From IMG/VR virus record IMGVR_UViG_3300020236_000031, positions 1 through 41,579 of that record: a stretch of 41,579 nucleotides of DNA; one strand, written 5' to 3'. The stretch comes from a virus. Lineage: Duplodnaviria; Caudoviricetes. Both the position numbers and the translations under genes were made by a program. Positions 18,714-28,473 of this stretch are shown piece after piece. Under the pieces are notes generated by a model. The model was not told the DNA's origin. It did no database searches and saw nothing but the letters and a program-made list of their open reading frames with translations. How positions within the stretch are numbered: the stretch's first letter is position 1; each line of letters starts with the position of its first letter.

Positions 18714-19205
18714 ATGGCTAATCTTAGCAGTGACCTTGTTACCTCCCTTGGTGATGTGCTGCCGGGGATCAGAGAGGGCAGCGGATACCAGGGTCCTACT
18801 GGCGTTCAGCAGGTTGTATCCTGGCCGATTCAGCCTCCGCTGACCGTGGATGGCGTGACCTATAAGGTTGCGGCTTTCGTAGCTCCGGTCAATGGCTGTT
18901 GGATCAAGGAAATGTGGCTGTCGGGAATGCTGTTAGCCGCGGGCGGTACCAGCACAATTGCATTTGATAACTACGATTCAAGTGCCACTGCCGCAGGCAA
19001 TATCCTTTCGACTACCACCATTGACCCGACGGCTGTCCCTGCCACGGTCAACAAAGGCACGAAGCTCACGTTGACTACTACCCTGGCTGATCGGACGATG
19101 GACGAGGGAGATGTCCTGAGTTCTACGTATGTGTGTGGAACTCAAACAACGAATGGTGAGGGCTACGTAGCCACCGCCATCATCGTGGTGCCGGATATTC
19201 TCTAG
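18714..19205 (+). CDS. Putative capsid decoration/cement protein
   Basis: Beta-rich, T/G/A-rich 163-aa ORF right after the capsid gene, with a strong AAGGAGG RBS. Confidence 0.6.
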   Translation: MANLSSDLVTSLGDVLPGIREGSGYQGPTGVQQVVSWPIQPPLTVDGVTYKVAAFVAPVNGCWIKEMWLSGMLLAAGGTSTIAFDNYDSSATAAGNILSTTTIDPTAVPATVNKGTKLTLTTTLADRTMDEGDVLSSTYVCGTQTTNGEGYVATAIIVVPDIL

Positions 19206-19233
19206 GCCGGATGCCCACCAAAGCGAAGGGAAT

Positions 19234-19284
19234 GCACGCCCGTGTTCGTGCCGCCTTGCGGTACCTACATGGGCGTGCTTTATA
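19234..19284 (+). terminator. Long hairpin / probable terminator after the capsid genes
   Basis: GCACGCCCGTG pairs with CATGGGCGTGC, an inner GTGCCGC/GCGGTAC stem, then TTTAT. Confidence 0.6.
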
Positions 19285-19293
19285 ATTCCCTAG

Positions 19294-20070
19294 ATGCCAA
19301 GAACTAGACGCAAGACGAAACGGGAAATCTCCCCCAACGGTGGACCCGACACCGTTCCTGCGAGTTCGCCGCTCGGCAAACAGAAGATCGCCGAGATGAT
19401 CCAGGAGATGAAAGAGAAGGGCGAGCTACCAGAGACGCACATCGCAGAGGATCGCGAAGAAGTAGCGATGGTGCGGGTGACACCGATTGCGTGGGGTATT
19501 CCTTGGGATGAAATGTGTTTCTCGAAATGGGCAAAGCACATGATGGCGAGTGTGCCTATGATGCCTTGGGACGATAGAATCTTCAGTGGTAGCACCTATT
19601 TGCCGGAAGCCCGCAATAAGATACACGACATGTATCTGGAGGACAGCAAAGACGAGTTTCTATATATGAACGATTCCGACGTAATTCCTCCTCCAGGAGT
19701 TATCGAGAAGCTACTTGGACACATGCAACGTCGCAAAGATGTGCGTATAGTTGGTGGCTGGTATCGCTTTAAGGATGATCCCTATCTGCCTGTTGTTTAT
19801 CACGACGACGAACCTGATGACCGAGGCGTCATGCAATATCGCCAGTATGGAAACAATGAGATTGGAAAGGGATTGGAGAAAGTGGATGCCGCAGGAGCAG
19901 GCTGTTGGATGATGCACAGAAGCGTAGCTGAGGCTATTGGTAAAAGCCCTTATGACTTAAATGAGGGCGGCGAGGATCTTCTTCTCTGCCGCAAAGTTCG
20001 TGAGGCTGGATTTGACTTATTCATAGATTGGGATTTGGCTTGTGCCCATGCCGGCGTGGCTGTGGCCTAG
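19294..20070 (+). CDS. GT-A fold (GT2-like) glycosyltransferase
   Basis: LPEARNKI, FLYMNDSDV (DxD), VDAAGAGCWMMHRSV, GEDLLLCRKVREAGFDLFID, CAH. Confidence 0.88.
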   Translation: MPRTRRKTKREISPNGGPDTVPASSPLGKQKIAEMIQEMKEKGELPETHIAEDREEVAMVRVTPIAWGIPWDEMCFSKWAKHMMASVPMMPWDDRIFSGSTYLPEARNKIHDMYLEDSKDEFLYMNDSDVIPPPGVIEKLLGHMQRRKDVRIVGGWYRFKDDPYLPVVYHDDEPDDRGVMQYRQYGNNEIGKGLEKVDAAGAGCWMMHRSVAEAIGKSPYDLNEGGEDLLLCRKVREAGFDLFIDWDLACAHAGVAVA

Positions 20071-20083
20071 AAAGGAATAAGAA

Positions 20084-20380
20084 ATGTCACCAAAAGTAAT
20101 GCAATACCGAAAAGTAGTAATCTCGGGAGACGCGGTTGTCTCGGCTACGCCTACCATCCTTTGGGCAATTCAGGTGTATGCAGCACACGCCGACTGGCGG
20201 ATTGAGTTGACGGACGCAGGGGATTCAACCGGCACCAACGTCACTGAGCTGGGAGGAGAGGCAGAGGGAGGGCAAACGTTTTTTGACTACACCAACTTGG
20301 GCGGCATTAGCTTTCCCAATACTGGCATCTACGCAGACGTTACTATTACAGGTGCAATCATTACGTTTTGGGTTAGCTAA
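20084..20380 (+). CDS. Small beta-rich putative virion protein
   Basis: RBS present, GISFPNTGIYADVT C-terminus, structural-operon context. Confidence 0.6.
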   Translation: MSPKVMQYRKVVISGDAVVSATPTILWAIQVYAAHADWRIELTDAGDSTGTNVTELGGEAEGGQTFFDYTNLGGISFPNTGIYADVTITGAIITFWVS

Positions 20381-20617
20381 ATGGACGACCTGATCGAGCG
20401 CGCACAGACCAGGGCCCACGAACTCCGAGCGGGTATTGCGCGGAGCAATTCGGGAGTTGACCTTGAGCTATTGGCGGAGATCCTGAACGAGATGAGGATA
20501 TCAAATGGAAGGTTGCCTAACGAAGATGTGCCGCGCTCCTGGCTTCGATGGTATGGCCGGTTCAAGCGCTGGATAAGCTATGCCCCGGTGGCATCTAACG
20601 ACGAGGCCAAGGAATGA
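20381..20617 (+). CDS. Hypothetical protein
   Basis: Abuts the upstream stop and is ATGA-coupled to the next gene. Confidence 0.6.
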   Translation: MDDLIERAQTRAHELRAGIARSNSGVDLELLAEILNEMRISNGRLPNEDVPRSWLRWYGRFKRWISYAPVASNDEAKE

Positions 20618-20922
20618 CAGAAGTCCAAAATATCGTTTATGGCAATGTCTACACCGGCGAGCGTGCCGGTTCGGTAACTGCGGTACAGTTGCCCGATCGC
20701 ACCTGCCGCATGGTGATGTTCATAGCGGCCAAAAGCAATGCGGGTAATGTGTACATTGGTGGCTCAGGTGTCACGAAGGCCGCAGGCACGACCACTGCGA
20801 CTGCCGGCTATGAGCTGCAAGCTGGTGGTCAGACACCGTGGATTCCAATAAGGAACGTGAACTTGATCTACATGATATGCGATAACGCTGGCGACGATCT
20901 TCTGTGGATGGCTATCGAGTGA
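20614..20922 (+). CDS. Small beta-sandwich putative virion protein
   Basis: AAKSNAGNVYIGGSGVT...GYELQAG...NVNLIY pattern, common in phage structural modules. Confidence 0.65.
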   Translation: MTEVQNIVYGNVYTGERAGSVTAVQLPDRTCRMVMFIAAKSNAGNVYIGGSGVTKAAGTTTATAGYELQAGGQTPWIPIRNVNLIYMICDNAGDDLLWMAIE

Positions 20923-20925
20923 CCG

Positions 20926-21750
20926 ATGCCTGACTTTTCGCTACTTGGTGGAGCAAACAGATTTGAAAGCGTGGGGCCAGACACAGCGGACTCCAGAGGG
21001 ACCGATGTTACTGCTTCAGGAACCATCAACACAAAAGGTTCTTATGTGCAACTGACAGCTGCAAGCGGCATTGATGCTCAAGGAATATGGGTAATATTAA
21101 CATCTGGCAATAACGCCGCTAATTGCTTGGTCGATATTGCTGTCGGGGCAGCTGCCAGTGAACAGGATATAGTCTCTAATTTGATGCTTCCCGTCAAGCA
21201 TAATGCTGGCGCGGGAGCAAATATCCCGATCCATGTTGCTCTTGGAAGTCGCATTTCTGCTAGAGCACAATCCAGTTCAGTCTCCGACGTAATCAACATA
21301 GCCATACAACTGATGGGGAATACGCTGACTTCGAGTTCTGCACTTGGTCGATGTACGACATATGGAGCTAATACCGCAGACAGCGGGGGGACAGAAATAG
21401 ATCCTGGGGCCAGCGCAAATACTAAGGGGGCTTATGTACAAATAGATGGAGCAATCAGCAATCCAATTAAAAATATGATAGTGGCAGTTAGTCCCTCTGG
21501 GTCTAATGGACAGCTCACTACTGCTGGATGGTTGATTGATGTTGCTGTCGGGGCAGCTGCCAGTGAGCAGGTTGTTATATCTAATCTGTTTGTAATGACT
21601 AATGGAGTACACGACACCATTAATCCCCCTTTGCTGGGACCTTTTCCTGTAAACATTCCTTCTGGTTCGCGAATAGCGGTACGCGCTCAATCTGACACTA
21701 TTGATGCAACTGATCGTCTTTTTGATGTAGCGATATACGGACTTGACTAG
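20926..21750 (+). CDS. Putative virion protein with two tandem ~135-aa repeats
   Basis: NTKG(S/A)YVQ...D(I/V)AVGAAASEQ...GSRI..RAQS occurs twice. Confidence 0.75.
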   Translation: MPDFSLLGGANRFESVGPDTADSRGTDVTASGTINTKGSYVQLTAASGIDAQGIWVILTSGNNAANCLVDIAVGAAASEQDIVSNLMLPVKHNAGAGANIPIHVALGSRISARAQSSSVSDVINIAIQLMGNTLTSSSALGRCTTYGANTADSGGTEIDPGASANTKGAYVQIDGAISNPIKNMIVAVSPSGSNGQLTTAGWLIDVAVGAAASEQVVISNLFVMTNGVHDTINPPLLGPFPVNIPSGSRIAVRAQSDTIDATDRLFDVAIYGLD

Positions 21751-21758
21751 GAGCGATT

Positions 21759-22100
21759 ATGGCAATTTCTGAAAACACATCGGGAACTCAGACGGCAGTA
21801 ATTTCGACGGAACACGTCCTGGCGACGATTACTGCCGCGGGTGCATTCCAGCTTCTGGTAGATGTCAATGCAATGGTGGATGGCGACGAATTGGAGCTGC
21901 GCATCGACATGAAGGTGCTGACCGGAAGCACCGCAAGAACGGTATTCTTCGCCACCTATGCACACGAACAGGGCGTCGACGCGAATGTGGTTATCTCGCC
22001 ACCTATTCCTTCGGTGTACTCGATTGCGTTCACGCTGAAGCAGACCGCGGGAACGGGTCGCGCTTATGACTGGGCAATCTATGAATATGGGAATGCGTGA
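21759..22100 (+). CDS. Putative virion protein
   Basis: AGGAG RBS, beta-rich, FTLKQTAGTGRAYDW. Confidence 0.65.
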   Translation: MAISENTSGTQTAVISTEHVLATITAAGAFQLLVDVNAMVDGDELELRIDMKVLTGSTARTVFFATYAHEQGVDANVVISPPIPSVYSIAFTLKQTAGTGRAYDWAIYEYGNA

Positions 22101-22465
22101 TGTGGCGCAGTATCTATAAGACCGCCAACGGAAGACTTGTCTCCGTAGGTAGTGTTTGGAAAGACCCGCTGCCTCCAGATGAAGCCTTCTTAGAACTGCC
22201 TGATAGACCGGACCAGGGCGCGAACATGTGGGATGAGACGACACGGGACTGGGTTGTGCGTCCGCCGAAGGTATTTGCGGACAGGCTGGACGACATCAAA
22301 ACACACCCGCGCTTCGATAAGTTCAAGCAGGTATGGCAAGGTCTTGCCCCGGCCAAGAAGCAGCTTCTGGCCGACGTAATAATTGTCTGGCTGGGGAAAG
22401 CAAGATGGCGCAATCAATCAGAGAGCATCATCATAGATCCAGAGCCAGGAGATCCCGACGCATGA
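22097..22465 (+). CDS. Hypothetical protein (possible fibre-assembly-like)
   Basis: Coupled ORF with WDETTRDWV motif. Confidence 0.6.
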   Translation: MMWRSIYKTANGRLVSVGSVWKDPLPPDEAFLELPDRPDQGANMWDETTRDWVVRPPKVFADRLDDIKTHPRFDKFKQVWQGLAPAKKQLLADVIIVWLGKARWRNQSESIIIDPEPGDPDA

Positions 22466-22629
22466 GCAGCGCATATAGGTACTTCTCGCCGGGAGCGACA
22501 TCGACAACCGCAGCACCGGCAGCCGGTATCGAAATACTGAGACGTCGCAGAGCGAATGCGTGGTTTGCAAATTTTGCGATCCTTGCTTACGTAATCCAAT
22601 GGATGAGTAGATGGCACAACACTATCTGA
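22462..22629 (+). CDS. Small hypothetical protein
   Basis: ATGA-coupled 55-aa ORF (MSSAYRYFSPG...). Confidence 0.45.
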   Translation: MSSAYRYFSPGATSTTAAPAAGIEILRRRRANAWFANFAILAYVIQWMSRWHNTI

Positions 22630-23732
22630 GAAAGTATGGCGCAGCAGCCACCATTGACTTTGAGCTTTTTGAAGTGGATGGCGTGGACTTCCGAATTAAT
22701 GCGGTTCATGCCGCGGGTGATACCAAGATCATGAAAGACGAAGGCGTAGAAGCCAACACGGCTAATGCCTTCGTTGACGAAGGTAGTGGTTATTCGCTCG
22801 CGTTGAGCAGTGCGGAACTGACAGCAGCCCGCGTTGTGATCTATGTGATTGACCAGACCGCAACGAAGGCATGGTTAGACACCTCGCTGGTCATCGAGAC
22901 TTATGGCAATGCTTCTGCACAACACGCTTTCGATCTGAACACCGCCACCCAGGGAGTGAACGTTACACAATGGCTCGGAACAGCCGCCGCGACTCCGACG
23001 GTAGCAGGCGTTCCCGAGGTTGATCTGACGCACATAGGAGGCGTAGCGCAATCCGCTACTGATCTCAAGGACTTCGCGGACGCGGGCTACGATCCTGCGA
23101 CCAATAAGGTGCAAGGCGTCGTTCTGGTGGATACGACCACAACGAATACGGACATGGTGGGAACCGACAGCGCGGCCTTAGCAATCGTAGCCACCGAGGC
23201 GCGGCTTGCTGAACTAGATGCCGCGAACCTGCCCACTGATGTTGCCGCCGTGAAGACGGATACGGCAGCGATCCTCACCGACACCGCAGATATGCAGCCG
23301 AAATTAGGAGCTCCTGCTGGAACCGACATGAGCGCAGATATCGCGGCAGTCAAGGTAGACACCGCCGCCATCCTAGTTGATACAGGCACGACGCTTGACG
23401 GGAGAATTCCTGCTGCGCTTGTCAGTGGACGTATGGATGCTGATGTAGGCGCAATTTCTACGAGTACCGCCGCAGCCGACAACCTGGAGGCTTCTGCCGA
23501 GATAATCATCATCGGCGCCGCAGAGGCGGGGACACTCTCTACAACACAGATGACGACCAACCTGACGGAAGCGACCAATGAACACTACAACGGGCGGATT
23601 GTCATCTGGACTTCCGGTGTGTTGCTCGGGCAGGCTTCCGACATCACGGCTTACCTGGGGTCTACTGGTAGGCTCACGTATACCGCGGTGACGGAAGCAC
23701 CTAGCGCGGCGGATACATTTGTGATTGTCTGA
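22611..23732 (+). CDS. A/T/D-rich fibre-like virion protein
   Basis: Internal repeat D(V/I)AAVK.DTAAIL.DT, and a C-terminal YNGRIVIWTSG...EAPSAADTFVIV domain. Confidence 0.7.
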   Translation: MAQHYLRKYGAAATIDFELFEVDGVDFRINAVHAAGDTKIMKDEGVEANTANAFVDEGSGYSLALSSAELTAARVVIYVIDQTATKAWLDTSLVIETYGNASAQHAFDLNTATQGVNVTQWLGTAAATPTVAGVPEVDLTHIGGVAQSATDLKDFADAGYDPATNKVQGVVLVDTTTTNTDMVGTDSAALAIVATEARLAELDAANLPTDVAAVKTDTAAILTDTADMQPKLGAPAGTDMSADIAAVKVDTAAILVDTGTTLDGRIPAALVSGRMDADVGAISTSTAAADNLEASAEIIIIGAAEAGTLSTTQMTTNLTEATNEHYNGRIVIWTSGVLLGQASDITAYLGSTGRLTYTAVTEAPSAADTFVIV

Positions 23733-23920
23733 TGGCACAGCAAACTCAGCTAACCGCACTAGCATTGCCAGGTCAGGTAAGGTCATTCTCGGCCAAGACC
23801 GAAGCCGTCGTAGTCCTGCGATCTTTTGTAGTCATATCCGGCAGACCGCCGCTTCTGATTTCTATGTTCTTAGGAGTATTCAGTGCCTTCTTATCCATTC
23901 TCTTGTCGCAACGGGCATAA
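23732..23920 (+). CDS. Small protein with a hydrophobic C-terminus
   Basis: TGATG-coupled to the upstream gene. Confidence 0.5.
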   Translation: MAQQTQLTALALPGQVRSFSAKTEAVVVLRSFVVISGRPPLLISMFLGVFSAFLSILLSQRA

Positions 23921-24110
23921 CGCAGACATCGTGCTGCCGATGAGCGAGCGAGACTCGCCGCAGAAGTGCATCATCTGCGGCAACCCGATGCAGAGGAAAC
24001 CGGCTGCTGGTCTGACTGTCATTTGGGGTGGACGTTGGCGCGATCAGTGGAGAGATGCCTCGAAGGAAAGGGGAGGCCTAGATGATGGCTTGGGCCCAAT
24101 GACAGAATGA
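23883..24110 (+). CDS. FmdB-family zinc-ribbon protein
   Basis: MPSYPFSCRNGH...CIICGNPMQRK, with an AGGAG RBS before the GTG. Confidence 0.8.
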   Translation: MPSYPFSCRNGHNADIVLPMSERDSPQKCIICGNPMQRKPAAGLTVIWGGRWRDQWRDASKERGGLDDGLGPMTE

Positions 24111-24598
24111 GCAAATTTGTAGGGCAAAACCAGTACAGCGAACTCACGCTCCGAGAGCGATTCTGGCAGAAGGTTGAAAAGCGCGGGCCAGATGAATGCT
24201 GGGAGTGGTTGGCTTATAAGAGTCCGCGAGGATATGGATACTTCGGGATTAGCGGCAAAACAGAGAAAGCGCACCGCGTATGCTTTTCATTAAGCTACGG
24301 ATCTATCCCTGAAGGAATATATGTTTTACACCACTGCGACAACCCCGGGTGCGTAAATCCTAGCCACCTATTTCTGGGAACCCATGCCGATAACATGGCC
24401 GATATGAAGAATAAGGGACGCCATCACTACTGTAAAGGAGAGGCCCATCCCGAATCTAAGTTGACCAATGGGAAGGTAATGTGGATAAGAGAAATGCTGA
24501 ATATGGGGATATATCAGCGGGTAATTGGGGATTTCTTTGGAGTAACTCGGTCCACCATAAGCTTGATTTCGCGGGGAAAGAAATGGACTCATATATAG
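24107..24598 (+). CDS. HNH homing endonuclease with a C-terminal HTH-like segment
   Basis: RFWQKVEKRGPDECWEW, VLHHCDNPGCVNPSHLFLGTHADNMADM, GEAHPESKLT. Confidence 0.93.
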   Translation: MSKFVGQNQYSELTLRERFWQKVEKRGPDECWEWLAYKSPRGYGYFGISGKTEKAHRVCFSLSYGSIPEGIYVLHHCDNPGCVNPSHLFLGTHADNMADMKNKGRHHYCKGEAHPESKLTNGKVMWIREMLNMGIYQRVIGDFFGVTRSTISLISRGKKWTHI

Positions 24599-24615
24599 AA
24601 ATGGAGAGGAAGTAA

Positions 24616-25497
24616 ATGTCTCTCGCAGCTCCGAACCTGTTCGACATCTTAATGCGTGTCCATGACGAGCTTGGTGGCCTGAAGTACGGTGTCGCCACCG
24701 GAGGCAGTGCAACGACGCTCGTAGACTCCGGCATTGGTGGATCGGACAACGACTGGAACCAGGGCACGGTCTTTGTGGTGGCGGCAAGTGGAGCAATACC
24801 AGAGGGAGAGTTTGCCGAAGTCACTGCTTACACCGCCTCATCGGGAACGCTGACGTTCGCCAGTTCGGGCATCAACGGCTTAAGTTCTGCACCCGCGTCA
24901 GGCGACGAATATGCTCTGGCGTCAACCAAGTACTCCGTTGACAAGATGCGAGGCGTCATCAACCGAGCACTCGTCAGAATGGGCGACATTCCCAATCTGG
25001 ACGAAACCCTCACGACCGCCGCCAACCAGAAGGAGTACACAATCCCTGCCGCAGCCAGACAGGGGCTTCGTCGTGTGTATCTCTCGCAGGTCAGCACGAC
25101 CGACAACGAGGGCTGGCGCGAGTGGACAACATGGCGTGCCGAACTCGATGCACTCATATTCCGGATACAACCCGAGACGGGAAAGACTATCAAGCTGGTC
25201 TACATGGGGCCGCACACGAGGCTGTCTGCTTACAGCGACTTGCTTTCCCCTTATGTACCTCTGAACAGAGCTGTAGCAGAAGCATTCTTCCTGGCGGACG
25301 TGGACAGAATTCGCAGGAAGGGCGGACGTAGTGCCGCCATGACGAGACGATTGGACGATGCGTTCAAGGATCTGGAAAGGGCACGCAGGGTGTGGCCAAT
25401 ATGGGACCCGGGTACACCTTTCAAGCCTATTCTGTCTGGCCGTAAGAACCGAGGAAGTAAACGGCGAGCTGCTTATGGGCCGTTCATAACGAGCTAG
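24616..25497 (+). CDS. Head-tail adaptor / tail tubular protein (putative)
   Basis: INRAL...LTTAANQKEYTIP pattern, located before a large beta-rich tail gene. Confidence 0.65.
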   Translation: MSLAAPNLFDILMRVHDELGGLKYGVATGGSATTLVDSGIGGSDNDWNQGTVFVVAASGAIPEGEFAEVTAYTASSGTLTFASSGINGLSSAPASGDEYALASTKYSVDKMRGVINRALVRMGDIPNLDETLTTAANQKEYTIPAAARQGLRRVYLSQVSTTDNEGWREWTTWRAELDALIFRIQPETGKTIKLVYMGPHTRLSAYSDLLSPYVPLNRAVAEAFFLADVDRIRRKGGRSAAMTRRLDDAFKDLERARRVWPIWDPGTPFKPILSGRKNRGSKRRAAYGPFITS

Positions 25498-28113
25498 ATG
25501 CCTACAGCAACAGCTACGAGTATTGCGCCAACTCACCACGTCACGCTTTTTGATGGCACGACCACGATAGGGTTCATCCTCGTAGATCGAGAGGGAAACG
25601 AAGAACCCAAGGCCATCCAACGAAGGGCGCAGAACCGCACCTCCCTGAAGGGATCGACAGGTGAAGGCACTTACTCCGACTTTGAACCTCCGTATATTCC
25701 TGTAGTACAGAGCGATTGGTCAGGCGGCAGAGGTCAGGAAGACTTCGAAAGAGATAGAAGTCGCTTCTTTGACTCCTACAGGGTGAATACCTGGATGTCC
25801 AGTCAGGTCATTCTGGGTCCTCAAGAACAATACACCACAGGCTATCGGGTAGACGATTACATTATGCCAGGGTCCGTTACATGGACCTCGTTGCTTACCG
25901 GGGATCGCTACCTCGCGAGAAGTTTCTCGGCAGAGGGCGGAGCAATGGATCGGGTGTACCTATGGGTGCGCAGAGTGGGCACACCGGGCAATCTGGTAGT
26001 AGAACTCAACAACAACAGTGCGGGAGACCCCGATACCGCGAGAGAGACGGTCACGGTCACACCGGCGACATTCGGCAGTGACACTGCGAGCGTGCTGTAT
26101 AGCTTTGACTGGTCCGGCACGAACACCCTCACCGGATCGACCACATATTGGGTGAAGATTTATGCCGCTTCGGTGGACTCGGCGGCGAATCACTGGGAAT
26201 TAGCGACAAGCAGCACCGTGGGCACGACCGAGAAGTCTTCAAACAACAGCTCGTGGAGTGCGGCTTCGGTGGGACTATACTTCCGCCTGATAGATGCCGA
26301 CGATGACCGTGAGCACATCTTCTTCGAGTACAAGCAGGGCCAGTACATGGTCAGCAAGCCCACTGATGGAAGTGCTGCCCAACTGTGGATCAACGGAGAT
26401 CGAGGTGCGGCAGATGCGAATACTGGTGCCTTGACTACGCTGGTAGATGCCACCAAGTCGTGGACTACGAATGAGTTTGCTAACGCGGTCGTTATCCTGA
26501 CGGCGGGCACCGGCTCGGAGGAAATTGTTGATTGGAGGGTTATCTCCTCCAATACCGGGACTGCACTCACCGTCTCACCTGCTTGGAACATCACGCACGA
26601 TACGACCACGGAATATGTCATCGTGGCTGACGATACGTGGATCGAGATAACCGGGCACGGTCTCACCAAGCCAGTGACAGACGTTCAGGTTTCCAAAGAT
26701 GTCATCTACTTCGCACAAGCGGACAGCACAAACATTCGCCGCGCCAATTTCTACAACAACGCGGGCACCTGGACTGCGCGGTATGCAGATGATGGTACCA
26801 ATAAGGGAACATTCCTTGAGCTGGTGGAAGATCCCGTCGACGGACAGCAAGTGTGGGTAGCTGACGTTGGTGCAGGAACCGTGGCACGGGCAAATGCGCA
26901 GTCATGGGGTACGGACCTCACACTCGGCACAGCGATCACCGTGGGCAACACCAATACCCGCATTACCGGACTGGACAAGTACGGTTCGCCCGAGGTATTG
27001 TGGGTGTTGAAAGAAGACTCACAGTGGGCGGTGCAGAACGACATCCCGGACCAGATCCCACTGCGAGAAATGGGCTCGGTCAGGAGCGACAAGAATGGAC
27101 GCGCGCATCTTGTTCACGGCGTTTACCTCTATTTCTCACTTCTACACTCCCTTGAGCGTTATTTCCGTAATAACCTTGATGACGTTGGGCCTTCGCTTGA
27201 CTTCGGGCTTCCTGCAAATCGCCAGGGGCCAATCGTGGACCTGGTGGGCTATCCTGGGATTTTCTTCGCCGCCGTAGACGGAGGCACGGCCAACTACTCG
27301 TCTATCCTTGTGACCAGTGGCAGTCGGGATTGGCATGAACTCTACCGAGCTCCGCAAACTGGGCAACGTATCCGCAACCTGCACTTTCAGGTCATTCCGG
27401 GTAGCACCATAGATCGTCTCTGGTTCTCACAGGGAACAGATGTGCTGTGGCTTCCGTTCCCGTCCGACACACTGGACCCATTCCGAGACAGCAACTATCT
27501 GTTCACGCACGAGGGACATCTTATTACCTCGTGGATGTATGCTGGTATGCAGTCGGTAGCTAAGTTTTTCAAGTCCGTCAAGGTGTTCGGCGAGAACTAC
27601 AGCGGTAGCACGCAGATCATAGAGTGTGACTATCAAACGGACGGCGACACCGAGACTTCCACCTGGAACAACATCAGCGGCACTTTCGATACTATTCCTG
27701 TGGAGGAAATTGACCTTGTCGCAGACTCAGTAGCAAATGCCGTTACCGGGAGACGCGTAAGGTTCCGGTTCCGCTTCTACACCGGGAGCAATGCGGCGAC
27801 TCCGCGCATGAAGGCTGCGGTGGCAGAGATGTTCGGGAAGATCGACCAGAAGTATTCTCTTTCCTTCAGCTTCAGGGCGCAGGACTTTGACGAGGACCTG
27901 CAAGGCAGGTTGAGTTCCGATAGAGTTGAGACATTGCAGAACCAATTGGAAACATGGGCAAGTTCGGCACAGCCGCTTCAGTTCCGCAATCTTTACAGTC
28001 CCTTTGATGATAAGACTGTTTCGCTGGTTTCTGTGGAGCTTGATCCCGTGGACGTCGATCCCGAAAGTCAGGAAGAAGTGTTGATGGGAAGCGCGACTGT
28101 GTTGGAGGTATAG
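25498..28113 (+). CDS. Large tail structural (nozzle/stabiliser-like) protein
   Basis: 871 aa, beta-rich. QSDWSGGRGQ, GHLITSW...KFFKSVKV, GRRVRFRFRF...TP motifs are typical of podovirus-type tail tubular proteins. Confidence 0.7.
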   Translation: MPTATATSIAPTHHVTLFDGTTTIGFILVDREGNEEPKAIQRRAQNRTSLKGSTGEGTYSDFEPPYIPVVQSDWSGGRGQEDFERDRSRFFDSYRVNTWMSSQVILGPQEQYTTGYRVDDYIMPGSVTWTSLLTGDRYLARSFSAEGGAMDRVYLWVRRVGTPGNLVVELNNNSAGDPDTARETVTVTPATFGSDTASVLYSFDWSGTNTLTGSTTYWVKIYAASVDSAANHWELATSSTVGTTEKSSNNSSWSAASVGLYFRLIDADDDREHIFFEYKQGQYMVSKPTDGSAAQLWINGDRGAADANTGALTTLVDATKSWTTNEFANAVVILTAGTGSEEIVDWRVISSNTGTALTVSPAWNITHDTTTEYVIVADDTWIEITGHGLTKPVTDVQVSKDVIYFAQADSTNIRRANFYNNAGTWTARYADDGTNKGTFLELVEDPVDGQQVWVADVGAGTVARANAQSWGTDLTLGTAITVGNTNTRITGLDKYGSPEVLWVLKEDSQWAVQNDIPDQIPLREMGSVRSDKNGRAHLVHGVYLYFSLLHSLERYFRNNLDDVGPSLDFGLPANRQGPIVDLVGYPGIFFAAVDGGTANYSSILVTSGSRDWHELYRAPQTGQRIRNLHFQVIPGSTIDRLWFSQGTDVLWLPFPSDTLDPFRDSNYLFTHEGHLITSWMYAGMQSVAKFFKSVKVFGENYSGSTQIIECDYQTDGDTETSTWNNISGTFDTIPVEEIDLVADSVANAVTGRRVRFRFRFYTGSNAATPRMKAAVAEMFGKIDQKYSLSFSFRAQDFDEDLQGRLSSDRVETLQNQLETWASSAQPLQFRNLYSPFDDKTVSLVSVELDPVDVDPESQEEVLMGSATVLEV

Positions 28114-28116
28114 CGT

Positions 28117-28473
28117 GTGCCTACGGTTCAGGGCCGCAACGCCAGTCAGGAAGAAGCCAGAGTCGCAATTGCTCTTGACAGTCTCAAACACCGATACCAG
28201 TTTCAATACCGCGTGTTCTCAATCACGGGGGTTAAGGGGAGCTTTGTCTTGGACTTCCTCGTGACGAGTACGGTTCCGTTCCCCACTCCATTAGAAGTGT
28301 TCGGCGAATACTTCCATTCGGCCAGCATCACTCGGAAGGATCAACTGCGCTTGCAGAGGATAGAATTCGAGCTTGGTCCCAACATCAATGAAACGGCAAT
28401 TATATGGGGCAGTGAGGCCAGCACGCAGGCGGCGACGAACGAGGCTGTGCTGCGAAAGGTGGGAAGGTCATGA
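28117..28473 (+). CDS. DUF559/Vsr-like PD-(D/E)xK-fold protein
   Basis: SQEE...YQFQY...VLDF...LEVFGEYFH...D pattern. Confidence 0.6.
   Translation: MPTVQGRNASQEEARVAIALDSLKHRYQFQYRVFSITGVKGSFVLDFLVTSTVPFPTPLEVFGEYFHSASITRKDQLRLQRIEFELGPNINETAIIWGSEASTQAATNEAVLRKVGRS

Noticed and set aside
21137-21566. Diversity-generating retroelement TR/VR pair
   Set aside because: No reverse transcriptase gene. Both copies lie in frame within one duplicated-domain protein, and the differences are not restricted to adenines.
24593-24610. 14/18 match to the predicted target AGAGAGAAATGGAGGGAA at the adaptor gene RBS
   Set aside because: Four mismatches in purine-rich, SD-like sequence cannot be distinguished from chance without computation.
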